A DNA stretch of 64,000 nucleotides from NCBI GenBank assembly GCA_051859245.1, contig JBHYGA010000001.1:224001-288000 (forward strand). Direction: 5' to 3'. Shown piece after piece: positions 29,047-39,710 of this stretch; within the stretch, counting starts at the first letter, position 1, and every line of letters begins with the position of its first letter. Origin of the DNA: Gemmatimonadaceae bacterium. Its GTDB lineage: Bacteria > Gemmatimonadota > Gemmatimonadetes > Gemmatimonadales > Gemmatimonadaceae. A program made the translations under genes and the position numbers. Under the pieces are notes generated by a model. The model saw nothing but the letters and a program-made list of their open reading frames with translations. It was not told the DNA's origin and made no database searches.

Positions 29047-31566
29047 ATGCGCCTCGCACGAAGTGTCTCCTTCGCTGTCACTCTCGCGGCGCTGCTCGTC
29101 TCCGTGGTAGCTCACGACGCGCGCGCGCAAGAAGTATCCGGCGTGCTCATGCAACCAGATAGCACAACTCCTGCGTCGGGCGTGGTTGTCACGGCACAGC
29201 GTGTGCGGGACGGCGCAACAGTCGGGCGAACCGTAACCGGCGAACGAGGCAACTTCTGGCTCCGTGTTTCGACAGACTCGATTGAGCTGCGCGCACTTCG
29301 CGTTGGACAACTCCCGTACTCACTCGCGCGCGTTCGACTCCGTACAAATGAAAGGCGGGAACTGCGGGCGGTGCTGCCTTCTGCACCAATCGTCATTTCG
29401 AGTGTGCGTACCCGTGTTGACAATCGCTGCCGGCTGCGGCCTGAGCAATCACTGCTCGTTGCACAGCGCTTCGATCAAGCACGCACGGCGTTGTGGTCGT
29501 CGCTGCTTGCACCGCTCGACGGCCGGCCCCGCGTTCGTTTTCGCATCACGACTGAGCAGCGCCGTCTGTCAGACGACGCGGTGCTTGCCGCGCACACAAC
29601 GTCATACATCAGCGATTCAGTGCGAGCCTTTCAGAGCTTGCCTGCCGATTCGCTGACTACGGCCGGTTTTGTCGCGCGCCAACTGGACGGTTCAACACTA
29701 TACCGCGCACCCGACGCTCATGTGCTCGCAGACGATTCCTTTCTCGATTCGTATTGTCTGCGTTTGGCGGAAGATTCAACGCGCAACGCCGAATGGCTTG
29801 GCGTAACGTTTGAGCCAGCGCGCTCGCGAAGAGGCATCATACAGATTCGTGGAGTGCTGTGGTTGGATCGGGTAAACGCGGCGCTGCGACGCATCGAATA
29901 CGAGTACGTGGGACTGGAGCGCACGCTGCAGAACGCAAAGCCCGGTGGCTGGATCGAGTATGCGCAGCTGCCCAATGGGCTGTGGTTTGCCAATCGATGG
30001 GAGATTCGCATGCCTCGCGTGCAGTCGCACGTGACAATTCAGCTCGCGCGGGGCGCACGGACTCCGGATCTGCTCGAAGACCGGCAGACGCTGATTGGCA
30101 CGCAGGTGACGAGCGGTGAGGTGGACGAGGTCTTTGTCGGACTGTTCCCGCAATACACGGCGGGACGCGAGGATTTTGTGGACGCGTCGGGCGCAGTGAT
30201 CGCCTTGCCCGATGAAGCATTCCGGGATCGTGCAGCATGCAACAACGCCGCGTCGTCGAGCGTGCTCGTTCACGGCCGCATCACCAGCGCCGGCGACGCA
30301 CCACTCGTTGCCGCGAGCATAGATTTTGTGTGGCAAGAATCTCGCACATCGTCGTTGCAGTATCGTTCCGCGCGAGTCGACAGCACGGGCCGCTTTCTCG
30401 TTTGCGGACTCCCCAGTGGCGTGTCAGTGACTGCGTCTGCAACGGCGGCGGCACATGACTCCAGCACGCTCGTCGTGAACGTGACGCCCGAGCGGAGGTC
30501 AGCACGCGTGGACCTGATGCTACGGCCAACGAAAAGCATCGCAGCTGAACAACTGATCGCTTCCTACCAGGTCATGGACAACGTGATGTTTCCAGCGCTT
30601 GACGAGTCGCTGTTCTCAGGCGACGGAGCATCTGCAGCGGAACGCACCGTTTCGTATGTGCCGCTACGTGTCGTCGATTCACTCACCGGAGCTCCGGTGA
30701 GCTTTGCCAACGTGAGGGTGGATGGTGCATCACCGCGTGTTACTGACGATTTGGGCGTCATCTTTCTGCGTGACACGTCGAGACGCGCAATCACCGTGCG
30801 CGTGAATCGTGTCGGCTTTCTAGCCTATCAGGCAACGATCACCCGCAGTGCTTCGAGCGGACACTATGTTGCCCGATTGCGTCGGGTCGTGCCTACGCTT
30901 GACACCGTCAGCGCAATCGCAGGGCGTAGTGGCCGCTCCACCATTCGGGTCGTGGATAGCGACGGCATTCCTGTTCCGTATGCGGTTGTGGCGGTCAATG
31001 GTGGCCGACCGTACACAACTGACGCATCTGGGCGCGTTGCGCTCGGGACACGCGTGGAAGGCGCGCTCTCCGTTGGTGTTCGCCGGTTGGGCTACTCGCC
31101 CTACTTCGGTGAAGCCGTCCCGGATGAGTCCTCCGCTGAGCTGATCGTCACGTTGAACCGCATCGCAAGCAAAGTCGATACCGTGAAGGTGATCGCTGAG
31201 CGGTCCACGCCGCTTTCGCGCACCGGTTTTTACGATCGAATGGAGCGCGTTCGGAGAGGCGCAATCCTCGGGTCATTCATCACGCCGGAAGAAATCGAGC
31301 TTCGCGCGTCGGCGTTTGGGTGGACGCAGCTTCTGCGAACGTCACAGTACGTGCGGGTGACGAACAACGGGCTGGTCGGTCGGGGGGATTGTCGCATGCA
31401 GCTACTCGTGGATGGCCTGCCAAGTTCAGGCGATGGCCTCAGTACTTCCGAAATCATGGCGATCGAAGTGTATCCGTCCACGGCAAACGCCCCGGTGGAG
31501 GTCATTCCGCTCACAAACCGCGGCTCCTGTGGGATTATCGTGGTCTGGACGGGGCCGCGTCGGTAG
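29047..31566 (+). CDS. Secreted multi carboxypeptidase-regulatory-like domain protein with C-terminal plug-like domain
   Basis: Signal peptide; repeated V.D..G.P...A.V / T..G.F / RRLGY.P units; GFYDR, VDG..IMAIEVY..CGIIVVWT. Confidence 0.8.
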   Translation: MRLARSVSFAVTLAALLVSVVAHDARAQEVSGVLMQPDSTTPASGVVVTAQRVRDGATVGRTVTGERGNFWLRVSTDSIELRALRVGQLPYSLARVRLRTNERRELRAVLPSAPIVISSVRTRVDNRCRLRPEQSLLVAQRFDQARTALWSSLLAPLDGRPRVRFRITTEQRRLSDDAVLAAHTTSYISDSVRAFQSLPADSLTTAGFVARQLDGSTLYRAPDAHVLADDSFLDSYCLRLAEDSTRNAEWLGVTFEPARSRRGIIQIRGVLWLDRVNAALRRIEYEYVGLERTLQNAKPGGWIEYAQLPNGLWFANRWEIRMPRVQSHVTIQLARGARTPDLLEDRQTLIGTQVTSGEVDEVFVGLFPQYTAGREDFVDASGAVIALPDEAFRDRAACNNAASSSVLVHGRITSAGDAPLVAASIDFVWQESRTSSLQYRSARVDSTGRFLVCGLPSGVSVTASATAAAHDSSTLVVNVTPERRSARVDLMLRPTKSIAAEQLIASYQVMDNVMFPALDESLFSGDGASAAERTVSYVPLRVVDSLTGAPVSFANVRVDGASPRVTDDLGVIFLRDTSRRAITVRVNRVGFLAYQATITRSASSGHYVARLRRVVPTLDTVSAIAGRSGRSTIRVVDSDGIPVPYAVVAVNGGRPYTTDASGRVALGTRVEGALSVGVRRLGYSPYFGEAVPDESSAELIVTLNRIASKVDTVKVIAERSTPLSRTGFYDRMERVRRGAILGSFITPEEIELRASAFGWTQLLRTSQYVRVTNNGLVGRGDCRMQLLVDGLPSSGDGLSTSEIMAIEVYPSTANAPVEVIPLTNRGSCGIIVVWTGPRR

Positions 31567-31665
31567 ATCCATTCGCGACACGAGAGCGTCGCCGGCGCGA
31601 GTAACGTGAAGCGCGCGGCGCCAAAGCAGGTCGGCAGGCAGCGTCTCCTCTGAATAACTTTCAGA

Positions 31666-32085
31666 ATGACCGATCCCCGCGGACGCCCGCCCGTCAGCCC
31701 CGACGTTGATGCCGTTCTTGAAGTTGTTGACTCGCTGTCTCCCGGCGAGCTCGACGGCCTGCCGTACGGCGTGATCCAGCTCGATCGCACCGGCCGCATC
31801 CTTAAGTACAACGCCGTGGAATCGCGCCTGGCATCGCTGGCGCCCGAAGATGCGATCGGCAAGCAGTTCTTTACCGAAGTCGCCCCGTGCACGCGCGTGC
31901 AGGAGTTCTACGGACGCTTCAAGGAAGGGGTGATCCGTGAGATGCTCGACACCTCCTTCACCTTTCACTTTGCGTTCAAACAATCACCGCGTGATGTGAC
32001 GGTGCGCCTGTTTTTCTCCAAACGAACCCGCACGGTGTGGGTGCTGATTTCTGACCACGAAGGGAAGCCACTGGGCCCGGAGTAG
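31666..32085 (+). CDS. pyp: Photoactive yellow protein (PYP)-family PAS protein
   Basis: LDGLPYGVIQLD..G.IL.YNA.E and IGKQFFTEVAPCT..EFYGRFKEGV match the PYP signature. Confidence 0.85.
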   Translation: MTDPRGRPPVSPDVDAVLEVVDSLSPGELDGLPYGVIQLDRTGRILKYNAVESRLASLAPEDAIGKQFFTEVAPCTRVQEFYGRFKEGVIREMLDTSFTFHFAFKQSPRDVTVRLFFSKRTRTVWVLISDHEGKPLGPE

Positions 32086-32105
32086 GAGGCGCGACACGCG
32101 CTGTG

Positions 32106-32151
32106 TTGACATAGGGGGAGGGGGTATATATCTTATACCCACGGGGGGTAT
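32106..32151 (+). promoter_or_regulatory. Sigma-70 promoter (TTGACA-N17-TATCTT) with CsoR-type operators
   Basis: ATACCCACGGGGGGTAT (32135-32151) plus G-tract site ATAGGGGGAGGGGGTAT in the spacer, upstream of the copper genes. Confidence 0.85.
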
Positions 32152-32227
32152 TTAGTCCCCTGCTGCTTTCGTGCGGCCGACGCGGCAAGTGACCACGACA
32201 CGACCGCTCCCATTTTCGAGGCGCCTT

Positions 32228-32647
32228 ATGCTTCCCCTGACTTCTGCTGAATGGTTGGTGCTCGTTGCCGGTGTCACGTCCATCGCCTGGGTAAACTGGT
32301 ATTTCTTTGTAGCGGGCCGACGCAGCACAGCCGCGGTGATGGTGGCAGCGTCACCAAGCGCGGGCGCCGGCCAAGCTCAGGTGCCGGCTGAGCTCACGAT
32401 CACGGTCGACGGCGGCTACAGCCCGGCGCAGGTGCGCGTCAAAACCGGTCAGCCAGTACGGCTGACGTTCGATCGCCGCGACACCTCCGGTTGCTCCGAA
32501 GAAGTGGTGTTCCCCGACTTCAAAATCCGGAAGTTTCTCCCGACAGGGCAGCGCACGGCGATTGACATCACACCACCCGCCGCGGGTCGCTACGAGTTCA
32601 TGTGCGGCATGAGCATGCTGCGCGGCGTTGTGATTGCGGAGGACTGA
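32228..32647 (+). CDS. Membrane-anchored cupredoxin-domain copper chaperone (CupA-like)
   Basis: TM ending NWYFF, GGYSP, C-SEEVVFPDF, CGMSM. Confidence 0.88.
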   Translation: MLPLTSAEWLVLVAGVTSIAWVNWYFFVAGRRSTAAVMVAASPSAGAGQAQVPAELTITVDGGYSPAQVRVKTGQPVRLTFDRRDTSGCSEEVVFPDFKIRKFLPTGQRTAIDITPPAAGRYEFMCGMSMLRGVVIAED

Positions 32648-32650
32648 GTC

Positions 32651-35047
32651 ATGATCGACACCATGCAAGAGACCGCGCGCAACACGCCGAGTAGTGCCGC
32701 GAGCGACACGATCCGTATTCCCGTGAGCGGTATGACATGCGCCGCCTGCTCATCTCGTGTGCAACGCACGCTGCAGAAAACGCCCGGTGTGGCCAACGCG
32801 AACGTCAACCTGATGATGAAAACCGCCACGATCACGTATGATCCAAATGCGGTATCGCCAACGGCGTTAGTCGAAACGATTCGCGACACCGGTTACGGTG
32901 CCGAACTCGCCAACGCCGACGAATCGGCGTTTGAAGAGCAGGAAGCACGCGATCGTGCGCAGGATGACGAGTATCGCGACTTCAAACGCAAGGCGATTGT
33001 GAGCGGTGTCGTTGGCGTGATGGCGATGATTCTCTCCATGCCCCTGATGGGAGCGATTGCGCAGTCCGCGCACGCACATGGCGACGTGGGCGATCCCTTC
33101 ATGCGCTGGTCCATGCGCACGATCGATCCGGCGTTGCAATCCATCATGCCGTGGCTCTACGAGCTGCCGGTGTTTGCGACAAGTATCGCACTGCTGTTCG
33201 CGACGCTGTTCGTGATGCTCTGGGCGGGTCGACACTTCTACACACGCGCGTGGGCTGCTTTCCGTCATCACTCGGCCGATATGAACACGCTCGTTGCCCT
33301 CGGCACGGGTGCTGCATTCATTTATTCGCTCACGGCCACACTCGCGCCGCAGTTTTTCACGAGCCGAGGTGTCGCGCCCGATGTGTACTACGAAGCGGTC
33401 ATCATCATCATCGCGTTGATCCTGACTGGCAACATGTTTGAAGCGCGGGCCAAGAAACAAACATCCAGTGCATTGCGCGCCCTGGTGCATCTGCAGCCAA
33501 AGACGGCACGCGTGCTGCGTTTTGGCGAAGAAGTCGACGCGCCGGTTGAGTCTGTAGAGCGCGACGAGATTGTTATTGTGAGGCCGGGCGAACGTATTCC
33601 GGTTGACGGAGAGATCACGCAGGGCGAAAGCGCCATTGATGAATCCATGCTGACCGGCGAATCGATTCCTGTCGCCAAGCGCACTGGTGATCGTGTGATT
33701 GGCGGCACGATCAACGGCAATGGCGCATTTCGCTTTCGTGCCACCACGCTGGGCGAGCAGAGCATGCTCGCACAAATCGTGCGCCTGATGCGAGACGCGC
33801 AGGGCAGTCGCGCGCCCATTCAGCGACTGGCCGACCAGATCAGCGGAGTGTTCGTGCCGGTGGTCATGTCTGTCGCGATTGCCACGTTTGTGGCGTGGTT
33901 TATTCTCGCAGATCAGGCGCCCGCGGTACGTGGTTTTGCCGCGGCCGTTGCAGTGCTGATCATTGCGTGCCCATGCGCGATGGGACTCGCAGTACCAACC
34001 GCCGTGATGGTGGCGACTGGTAAAGGCGCCGAGCTTGGCGTGTTGATCAAAGGTGGTGAAGCATTGCAGCAAGCGGGCGGGATCAATACCATGGTGCTCG
34101 ACAAAACCGGCACCGTGACCGAAGGCAAACCAACGGTCACTGATCTTGTGGCGGTCGGCGAGTTCAGCACGAGCGCCGACGAGCTGCTGCGGCTCGTCGC
34201 TTCACTCGAAGCCTCAAGTGAACATCCGTTGGCCGATGCGATTGTGCGCAGCGCAAAAGAGAAGGGTCTGGCGTTGAGTGTCGCGGATGAGTTCGCGGCG
34301 GTGAGTGGTCGTGGTGCGCAAGGCGTAGTGGACTCGCGCGGCATCGCGGTGGGTAACGCTGAGTTCATGCACGACTGGGCGGCTGACGTGTCGCAGATGC
34401 GTGCAGCGGCAGAGGAGCTTGCGGGCAAAGGACGCACGCCAATGTATGTCGCCGTTGACGGTGCGCTCGCCGGATTGATCGCGGTTGCGGATCCCATCAA
34501 GGAGTCATCGCGATCGGCGATTGCCGCGTTTCACGCGATGGGGCTCGAAGTGGTGATGCTCACCGGAGACAACGAGCTCACGGCCAAGGCGATTGCACGT
34601 GAAGCGGGTATCGATCGTGTGGTGGCTGGTGTGCTGCCAGACGGCAAAGTCGCCGAGATCAAACGATTGCAGGGCGAAGGGCGCGTGGTGGCGATGGTGG
34701 GTGATGGTATCAACGATGGGCCGGCGATTGCGCAGGCGGATATCGGCATCGGTATTGGGACCGGTACCGACATCGCCGTTGAAGCGGCCGACATTGTACT
34801 CATGCGCGGCGATCTGCAGAGTGCTGCGCAGGCGATCCAGTTGTCGCGTCGCACCATGCGCACCATGAAGCAGAATCTCTTCTGGGCGTTTGTGTACAAC
34901 GTGATTGGGATCCCGATTGCAGCGGGGCTGCTGTATCCGTCGTTCGGATTGTTGCTCAGCCCCATTCTCGCGAGTGCCGCGATGGCGTTCAGTTCGGTGA
35001 GTGTGGTGAGTAACTCACTCCGATTGCGCTCGGCGAAGTTTGCGTAG
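32651..35047 (+). CDS. copA: Cu(I)-translocating P1B-type ATPase
   Basis: GMTCAAC, TGES, CPC, DKTGT, SEHP, GDGIND, YN and MAFSS. Confidence 0.96.
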   Translation: MIDTMQETARNTPSSAASDTIRIPVSGMTCAACSSRVQRTLQKTPGVANANVNLMMKTATITYDPNAVSPTALVETIRDTGYGAELANADESAFEEQEARDRAQDDEYRDFKRKAIVSGVVGVMAMILSMPLMGAIAQSAHAHGDVGDPFMRWSMRTIDPALQSIMPWLYELPVFATSIALLFATLFVMLWAGRHFYTRAWAAFRHHSADMNTLVALGTGAAFIYSLTATLAPQFFTSRGVAPDVYYEAVIIIIALILTGNMFEARAKKQTSSALRALVHLQPKTARVLRFGEEVDAPVESVERDEIVIVRPGERIPVDGEITQGESAIDESMLTGESIPVAKRTGDRVIGGTINGNGAFRFRATTLGEQSMLAQIVRLMRDAQGSRAPIQRLADQISGVFVPVVMSVAIATFVAWFILADQAPAVRGFAAAVAVLIIACPCAMGLAVPTAVMVATGKGAELGVLIKGGEALQQAGGINTMVLDKTGTVTEGKPTVTDLVAVGEFSTSADELLRLVASLEASSEHPLADAIVRSAKEKGLALSVADEFAAVSGRGAQGVVDSRGIAVGNAEFMHDWAADVSQMRAAAEELAGKGRTPMYVAVDGALAGLIAVADPIKESSRSAIAAFHAMGLEVVMLTGDNELTAKAIAREAGIDRVVAGVLPDGKVAEIKRLQGEGRVVAMVGDGINDGPAIAQADIGIGIGTGTDIAVEAADIVLMRGDLQSAAQAIQLSRRTMRTMKQNLFWAFVYNVIGIPIAAGLLYPSFGLLLSPILASAAMAFSSVSVVSNSLRLRSAKFA

Positions 35048-35061
35048 TCGCTTCGCCGAGC
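35028..35061. terminator. Hairpin between convergent genes
   Basis: 11-bp stem gctcggcgaag / cttcgccgagc spanning the copA stop. Confidence 0.55.
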
Positions 35062-35648
35062 TATGGGCGCGTGAGGTCAAACGCACCGTTGGTCACCACC
35101 ACACGTTGCCGTGCATTGGCTGCGTTTGCGGTATTCGCGACCGCGGTTAACTGGAAGGTGCCGGCCAACCGCGTGGTCGTCACCGTGGTGAAGGTGATTG
35201 ATCCGGAGCCCGGCCCGGTTGCATCGGAGAGATTGGCGTACCACAGGTTGGGCGCGCGCACCACCTGGCCAATTCCCGAGTAGCCGGATCCAGGTGGCTG
35301 TTGCTGGCTGGCCGCGCTGAGCTGATACGTGCCCGCGGTGATCGGTGTGAGGCGCCCGATCGTAATCAGAATCTGGCGGCCGGTGATCGCACCGTTGGGG
35401 CACTCCACGCCGTTCACCTGTACGATGTTCGGACCAAGCGCGGTGCCGTTCTGGATCGTTGCCTGCGTAATGAAGTTTGCCGTGAATGGCTGTCCGTCAA
35501 CGGTGGCGGTAAATGTGCCCTGCGGAACAGGTCCGCAGTTTGCTGTGGGTTCGGGCGCGGTATTGTCAGATCCGCCACAGGCCGCGAGGGCCAGTGATGT
35601 AGCCGCAACAAGCAGCACAGCGAACGAAGCAGCGCGTGACGCGGGCAT
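35061..35648 (-). CDS. Hypothetical lipoprotein
   Basis: Lipobox LAAC; FTATVDG..GTY..G.ITFT..GTF..VTNGAF beta-rich pattern. Confidence 0.8.
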   Translation of the reverse strand: MPASRAASFAVLLVAATSLALAACGGSDNTAPEPTANCGPVPQGTFTATVDGQPFTANFITQATIQNGTALGPNIVQVNGVECPNGAITGRQILITIGRLTPITAGTYQLSAASQQQPPGSGYSGIGQVVRAPNLWYANLSDATGPGSGSITFTTVTTTRLAGTFQLTAVANTANAANARQRVVVTNGAFDLTRP

Positions 35649-35759
35649 GGTGTGTGGGGCCGGGGAGTAAACGAACTCGGGCCACAAAACTTGTCGCCCG
35701 AGGTTCGCAAGCGTAAGAGCCGTTCCCGGCGGGACCATTCACTGGGCCGCAGCGCGCGG

Positions 35760-36347
35760 CTACTCAGGTGCCGCGACCACCTCGTACTGATTCTGCACAA
35801 ATCCAAAATCATACGCGATCGTTTTGGCATGACGCAGCGTGACGTCGCGCGTGCCTGCGGCGAAGAGCGGCAATCCGGATCCAATGAGCACCGGGATCAG
35901 GGTGATCGTCAAATCCGTAATCAAGCCGGCGTTGAGAAACGACTGGATCGTTCTGCCGCCGTCAATGTACAGTCGGGTGTACCCAACTTCTTTCGCTCTG
36001 GCCACCACTTCGGCGGGCGAGCGGTTCAGCAGTCGAACCGTGTTCGGGAGCTCAGGCGGCAGTTCGCGCAACGACTGACTCAGCACCCAGACGGGCTTGT
36101 CGCCATACGGCCAGGTTGCAAATCCGCGCACCGTGTCGAACGTGCCGCGCCCCATGATCAGTGCGTCGACGGTGCTCATGAAATCAGCGTAGCCGCAGTC
36201 TTCGCCCGGTGTGACGCGCTCGTTGGCGCGCTCAAGCCAGTCAATGGCGCCGTTTTCGCGCGCGATGAATCCGTCGAGACTCGTGGCAATAAAGACTGAG
36301 CAGCGAAACGCGGGTGGATGTGGAGCGGACGCAGGTGTAGAGGTCAT
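35760..36347 (-). CDS. Dihydrofolate reductase-fold (RibD C-terminal) protein
   Basis: IATSLDGFIA, MGRGTF, YIDGG, IPVLIGSGLPLF. Confidence 0.9.
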   Translation of the reverse strand: MTSTPASAPHPPAFRCSVFIATSLDGFIARENGAIDWLERANERVTPGEDCGYADFMSTVDALIMGRGTFDTVRGFATWPYGDKPVWVLSQSLRELPPELPNTVRLLNRSPAEVVARAKEVGYTRLYIDGGRTIQSFLNAGLITDLTITLIPVLIGSGLPLFAAGTRDVTLRHAKTIAYDFGFVQNQYEVVAAPE

Positions 36348-36353
36348 GCGATT

Positions 36354-37553
36354 TCAGTTGGTAGGAGCGTCAAGACACCAGAGGAAACTACGCGGGAGCC
36401 GCATGCCTGCACGCCATTGGGGAGTGGGCAGGACGCGGAATGAGAGCACGCCTTCAGGCGCTGCCTGGAATTCGTAGGCCGCAATCATCTGTACCTCGGC
36501 TGGCAAGCCGACATCACCGCGGACCGTGCTTCCCTTGGGCCGCGTAACGCCACACACGGCGTCAATAATCGACAACCCGGGCGCAATTTCGAGAAACCGC
36601 GTGCGAACCTGCACCGATCCGACATGTTTCAACGGTTGTGGCAGGCGATCCGCGCGACTCAACTCCAGGTCCATGCGCCGGAGCTGCGATGTGGCGCTAT
36701 CGAGAAAGAACGCACCGTGCACATCGGGTGACCGCAGTTTGTCAGACGCCCGCACATCGAGTCGCAGCCACGTTTCGTCATCTACGCGCTCTTTGCCGCC
36801 GTACGCAAAGCAATGCGCACGAACAAAGTTGTTGTCGGCCAGATCCAGAATCGTGGGGATGGCCATGTTGTATTCAGAACCGCCCCCGCGTCGCCTCACG
36901 CGTTGTACGACCTCGCCGGCCTTGTACTCCACTCGCGTGGCGCTGCGCGCGAGTATGGTATCCACTTGCTGCAGAAGCACGCGCGAGCTGGCTGACTTCT
37001 CGTTCTCGAGCAGTGCCAACGCGCGCACCTGACGGTACGCAAAGGGATATTGTGATGCCAGCAGACGATAGCGGTCGGCATTCTCTCGGAGCAGCGCGAC
37101 CATGCCAGCCACTTCAGGGAATCGCACGCTGTCTGGCATCCCGGGTGTGGTGCAGCTCACCATCGCGCGCACGGTGAGCGTCTGGATGTTGACCGGAATG
37201 GCGGTCAGCTGCACATCCAGCCGCGTCACTGCACCAGGCGCGATGGTGACGCTGCTCCGATATGGCGCGTAGCCAATGCGGCGGATCAACACCTCGTGTC
37301 GGCCTTCGGGCAACGCGGTGAGAACAAAAACGCCGGCGCCGTTGGTAAACCGTTCCACATTGAGTCGCGGCAAGCTCACCACCGCGTACGCGAGCGGCAT
37401 GGCCGACTGCTCAGCGCGCACGCTCCCTTGCAGCGTACCCGTCGCACCCTGCGCGAATGCGCGCGAAGGCGCCGGCAGGAGCAAAAGCAGTACTGCACAG
37501 CCAAGCTGCCAGGCACGAGCAAGCACACCAACCCCCAAAGCGAACGGGACCAA
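36354..37553 (-). CDS. Secreted carboxypeptidase-regulatory-like domain protein
   Basis: Signal peptide, GTLQG.V..P..A.V, IRRIGYAP; start uncertain. Confidence 0.75.
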   Translation of the reverse strand: MVPFALGVGVLARAWQLGCAVLLLLLPAPSRAFAQGATGTLQGSVRAEQSAMPLAYAVVSLPRLNVERFTNGAGVFVLTALPEGRHEVLIRRIGYAPYRSSVTIAPGAVTRLDVQLTAIPVNIQTLTVRAMVSCTTPGMPDSVRFPEVAGMVALLRENADRYRLLASQYPFAYRQVRALALLENEKSASSRVLLQQVDTILARSATRVEYKAGEVVQRVRRRGGGSEYNMAIPTILDLADNNFVRAHCFAYGGKERVDDETWLRLDVRASDKLRSPDVHGAFFLDSATSQLRRMDLELSRADRLPQPLKHVGSVQVRTRFLEIAPGLSIIDAVCGVTRPKGSTVRGDVGLPAEVQMIAAYEFQAAPEGVLSFRVLPTPQWRAGMRLPRSFLWCLDAPTN

Positions 37554-37646
37554 CTACGGAAAGTTCAGTAGACGTTAGGCGCACGGCGCTGCGCTGTCAA
37601 TCCGCGACTATCTTCCTTCTTCAACTCCCGCACACACCCGACTCAC

Positions 37647-39353
37647 GTGACTGACACCAACAGCTCTGATTCCACGCCGCGCCGAGATTTTATTCGCGAG
37701 CTTGTGATTGATGATATCGCGACCGGTCGATTTGGTCGACCAACCGCGACGCGTTTCCCACCGGAGCCAAACGGCTTTTTGCACATGGGGCACGCGAAAT
37801 CGATCTGTCTGAACTTCGGGATCGCGCGCGAGTTTGGGGGCACGTGCAACCTGCGCTTCGATGATACGAATCCGTTCACTGAAGACATGAAGTACGTAGA
37901 GGCCATCAAGCAGGACATCAAATGGCTCGGCTTCGACTGGGACGGCGAACACTACGCGTCGGACTACTTTGAGCAGTTGTACGACATCGCGGAGCGACTG
38001 GTGGAGCAGGGCAAGGCGTACGTCGATTCGCAGACTGAAGAAGAGATTCGCACGAATCGCGGCACGGTCACCTCGCCAGGCACTCCTGGTCCGTACCGTG
38101 ATCGCACGCCGGCGGAAAATCTCGATCTGTTGCGTCGCATGAAGGCCGGCGAGTTCGCCGACGGCGCGCATGTGCTGCGGGCCAAGATTGATCTCGCGCA
38201 TCCGAACATGATCATGCGTGATCCGCTGCTGCTCCGCATTCGGCGCGATGCACATCATTATCGTCGCGGCACCGAGTGGAAGATCTATCCGCTTTACGAT
38301 TTCGCGCACGGGCTCAGCGATGCGATTGAGGGCATTACGCGATCCTTGTGTACGCTCGAGTTCAAGGACAATCGCGACATCTATGAGTGGTTGGTGGACA
38401 ACGCGGGATTCGTGAATCCCCCAACACAGATCGAGTTTGCCCGTCTTGAGCTCGACTACACCGTGCTGAGCAAGCGCAAGCTGCTCCGGCTGGTGAATGA
38501 CGGCCATGTCAGTGGCTGGGATGATCCGCGCATGCCAACCATTGCCGGCCTGCGGCGACGCGGCGTACGCCCGGAAGCGATTCGTGCATTCGCCGATACC
38601 ATTGGCGTGGCGCGCAAAGACGCGCGCGTTGAGATCGCCACGTTCGAACACGCGGTGCGCAATGATCTGAACATGGAAGTGCCGCGAGTGTTGTGCGTGC
38701 TCAATCCGCTCAAGGTCGTGATCACCAACTATCCCGAAGGGCAGGTGGATATGCTCGAGGGGCAGAACTATCCGCACGACGTACCCAAGACGGGAACGCG
38801 CGAGGTCCCGTTCTCGCGGGAGTTGTGGATCGATCGCGACGACTTTATGGAAGACCCGCCCAAGAAGTTCTTCCGTCTCGCACCGGGGCGCGAGGTGCGT
38901 CTGCGCTTTGGCTATCTGATCACGTGTACCAACGTGATTAAAGACGCCGACGGCACCGTGACCGAGCTTCACTGCACGTATGATCCGGACACGCGCAGCG
39001 GAAACGCGCCGGACGGCCGTAAAGTGCAGGGTACCATTCACTGGGTGTCGGCGCAGCACGCGATCGACTGCGAAGTACGCCTCTATGACCGGCTCTTCAC
39101 GCAGCCGGATCCTGATGACGTCCCCGAGGGCGAAGATTTCCTGTCCACACTGAATCCGGCGTCGCTTGTGGTAATTCCGAATGCGAAAGTCGAGCCGTCG
39201 GTGGTGAAGGATCCGCTCGGTTCGCGCTATCAGTTCGAGCGCACGGGATACTTCATGAGCGAGCCGGAAGACAGCACGTCAGACAAGATCGTCTTCAATC
39301 GAATCGTGAGTCTGCGTGACTCGTGGGCCAAAGAAACAAAGAAGGGCGGCTAA
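37647..39353 (+). CDS. glnS: Glutamine--tRNA ligase
   Basis: TRFPPEPNGFLHMGH, RFDDTNP, CTLEF, LSKRKL, GWDDPRMPT, IHWVS, QFER.GYF. Confidence 0.97.
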   Translation: MTDTNSSDSTPRRDFIRELVIDDIATGRFGRPTATRFPPEPNGFLHMGHAKSICLNFGIAREFGGTCNLRFDDTNPFTEDMKYVEAIKQDIKWLGFDWDGEHYASDYFEQLYDIAERLVEQGKAYVDSQTEEEIRTNRGTVTSPGTPGPYRDRTPAENLDLLRRMKAGEFADGAHVLRAKIDLAHPNMIMRDPLLLRIRRDAHHYRRGTEWKIYPLYDFAHGLSDAIEGITRSLCTLEFKDNRDIYEWLVDNAGFVNPPTQIEFARLELDYTVLSKRKLLRLVNDGHVSGWDDPRMPTIAGLRRRGVRPEAIRAFADTIGVARKDARVEIATFEHAVRNDLNMEVPRVLCVLNPLKVVITNYPEGQVDMLEGQNYPHDVPKTGTREVPFSRELWIDRDDFMEDPPKKFFRLAPGREVRLRFGYLITCTNVIKDADGTVTELHCTYDPDTRSGNAPDGRKVQGTIHWVSAQHAIDCEVRLYDRLFTQPDPDDVPEGEDFLSTLNPASLVVIPNAKVEPSVVKDPLGSRYQFERTGYFMSEPEDSTSDKIVFNRIVSLRDSWAKETKKGG

Positions 39354-39365
39354 GGCCGCCCTTCT
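39340..39365. terminator. Hairpin centred on the glnS stop codon
   Basis: agaagggcggc-taag-gccgcccttct. Confidence 0.65.
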
Positions 39366-39377
39366 CGTTTCGCTGCA

Positions 39378-39596
39378 TTAGACGGTACGCGGCGATGTCT
39401 CGTGCGCGTCTTCAAACGCCTTGAGCTCGGCTTCGGCCTCTTCCTTCGTGCGGCCGTATGCCTGCTGGATTTTTCCCACCATCTGATCACGCTTGCCGGC
39501 GACGACATCAAGATCATCGTCCGTGAGCTTGCCCCACTGCTCACGCGCCTTGCCCTTGAGTTCCTTCCAATTGCCCTTGATCGTATCTTCGTTCAT
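39378..39596 (-). CDS. csbD: CsbD family general stress protein
   Basis: GNWKELKGKAREQWGKLTDDDL..G..DQMVGKIQ.AYG; AAGGAG RBS. Confidence 0.95.
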   Translation of the reverse strand: MNEDTIKGNWKELKGKAREQWGKLTDDDLDVVAGKRDQMVGKIQQAYGRTKEEAEAELKAFEDAHETSPRTV

Positions 39597-39710
39597 CTGG
39601 AGCTCCTTGCAGTGATGGATATGGAGTAGCCATATCGAATCCTGAAGTTGCCGAAGTGCATGGAGGGCCGCAGTTATCCCAAAGAGCGATTTTCAGTTCA
39701 ATCGTGCGAA

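Noticed and set aside
37608..39059. 483-aa ORF antisense to glnS; similar long antisense ORFs at 21480-22994, 27143-28513 and 32867-34072
   Set aside because: Shadow frames of high-GC genes with no recognisable motifs
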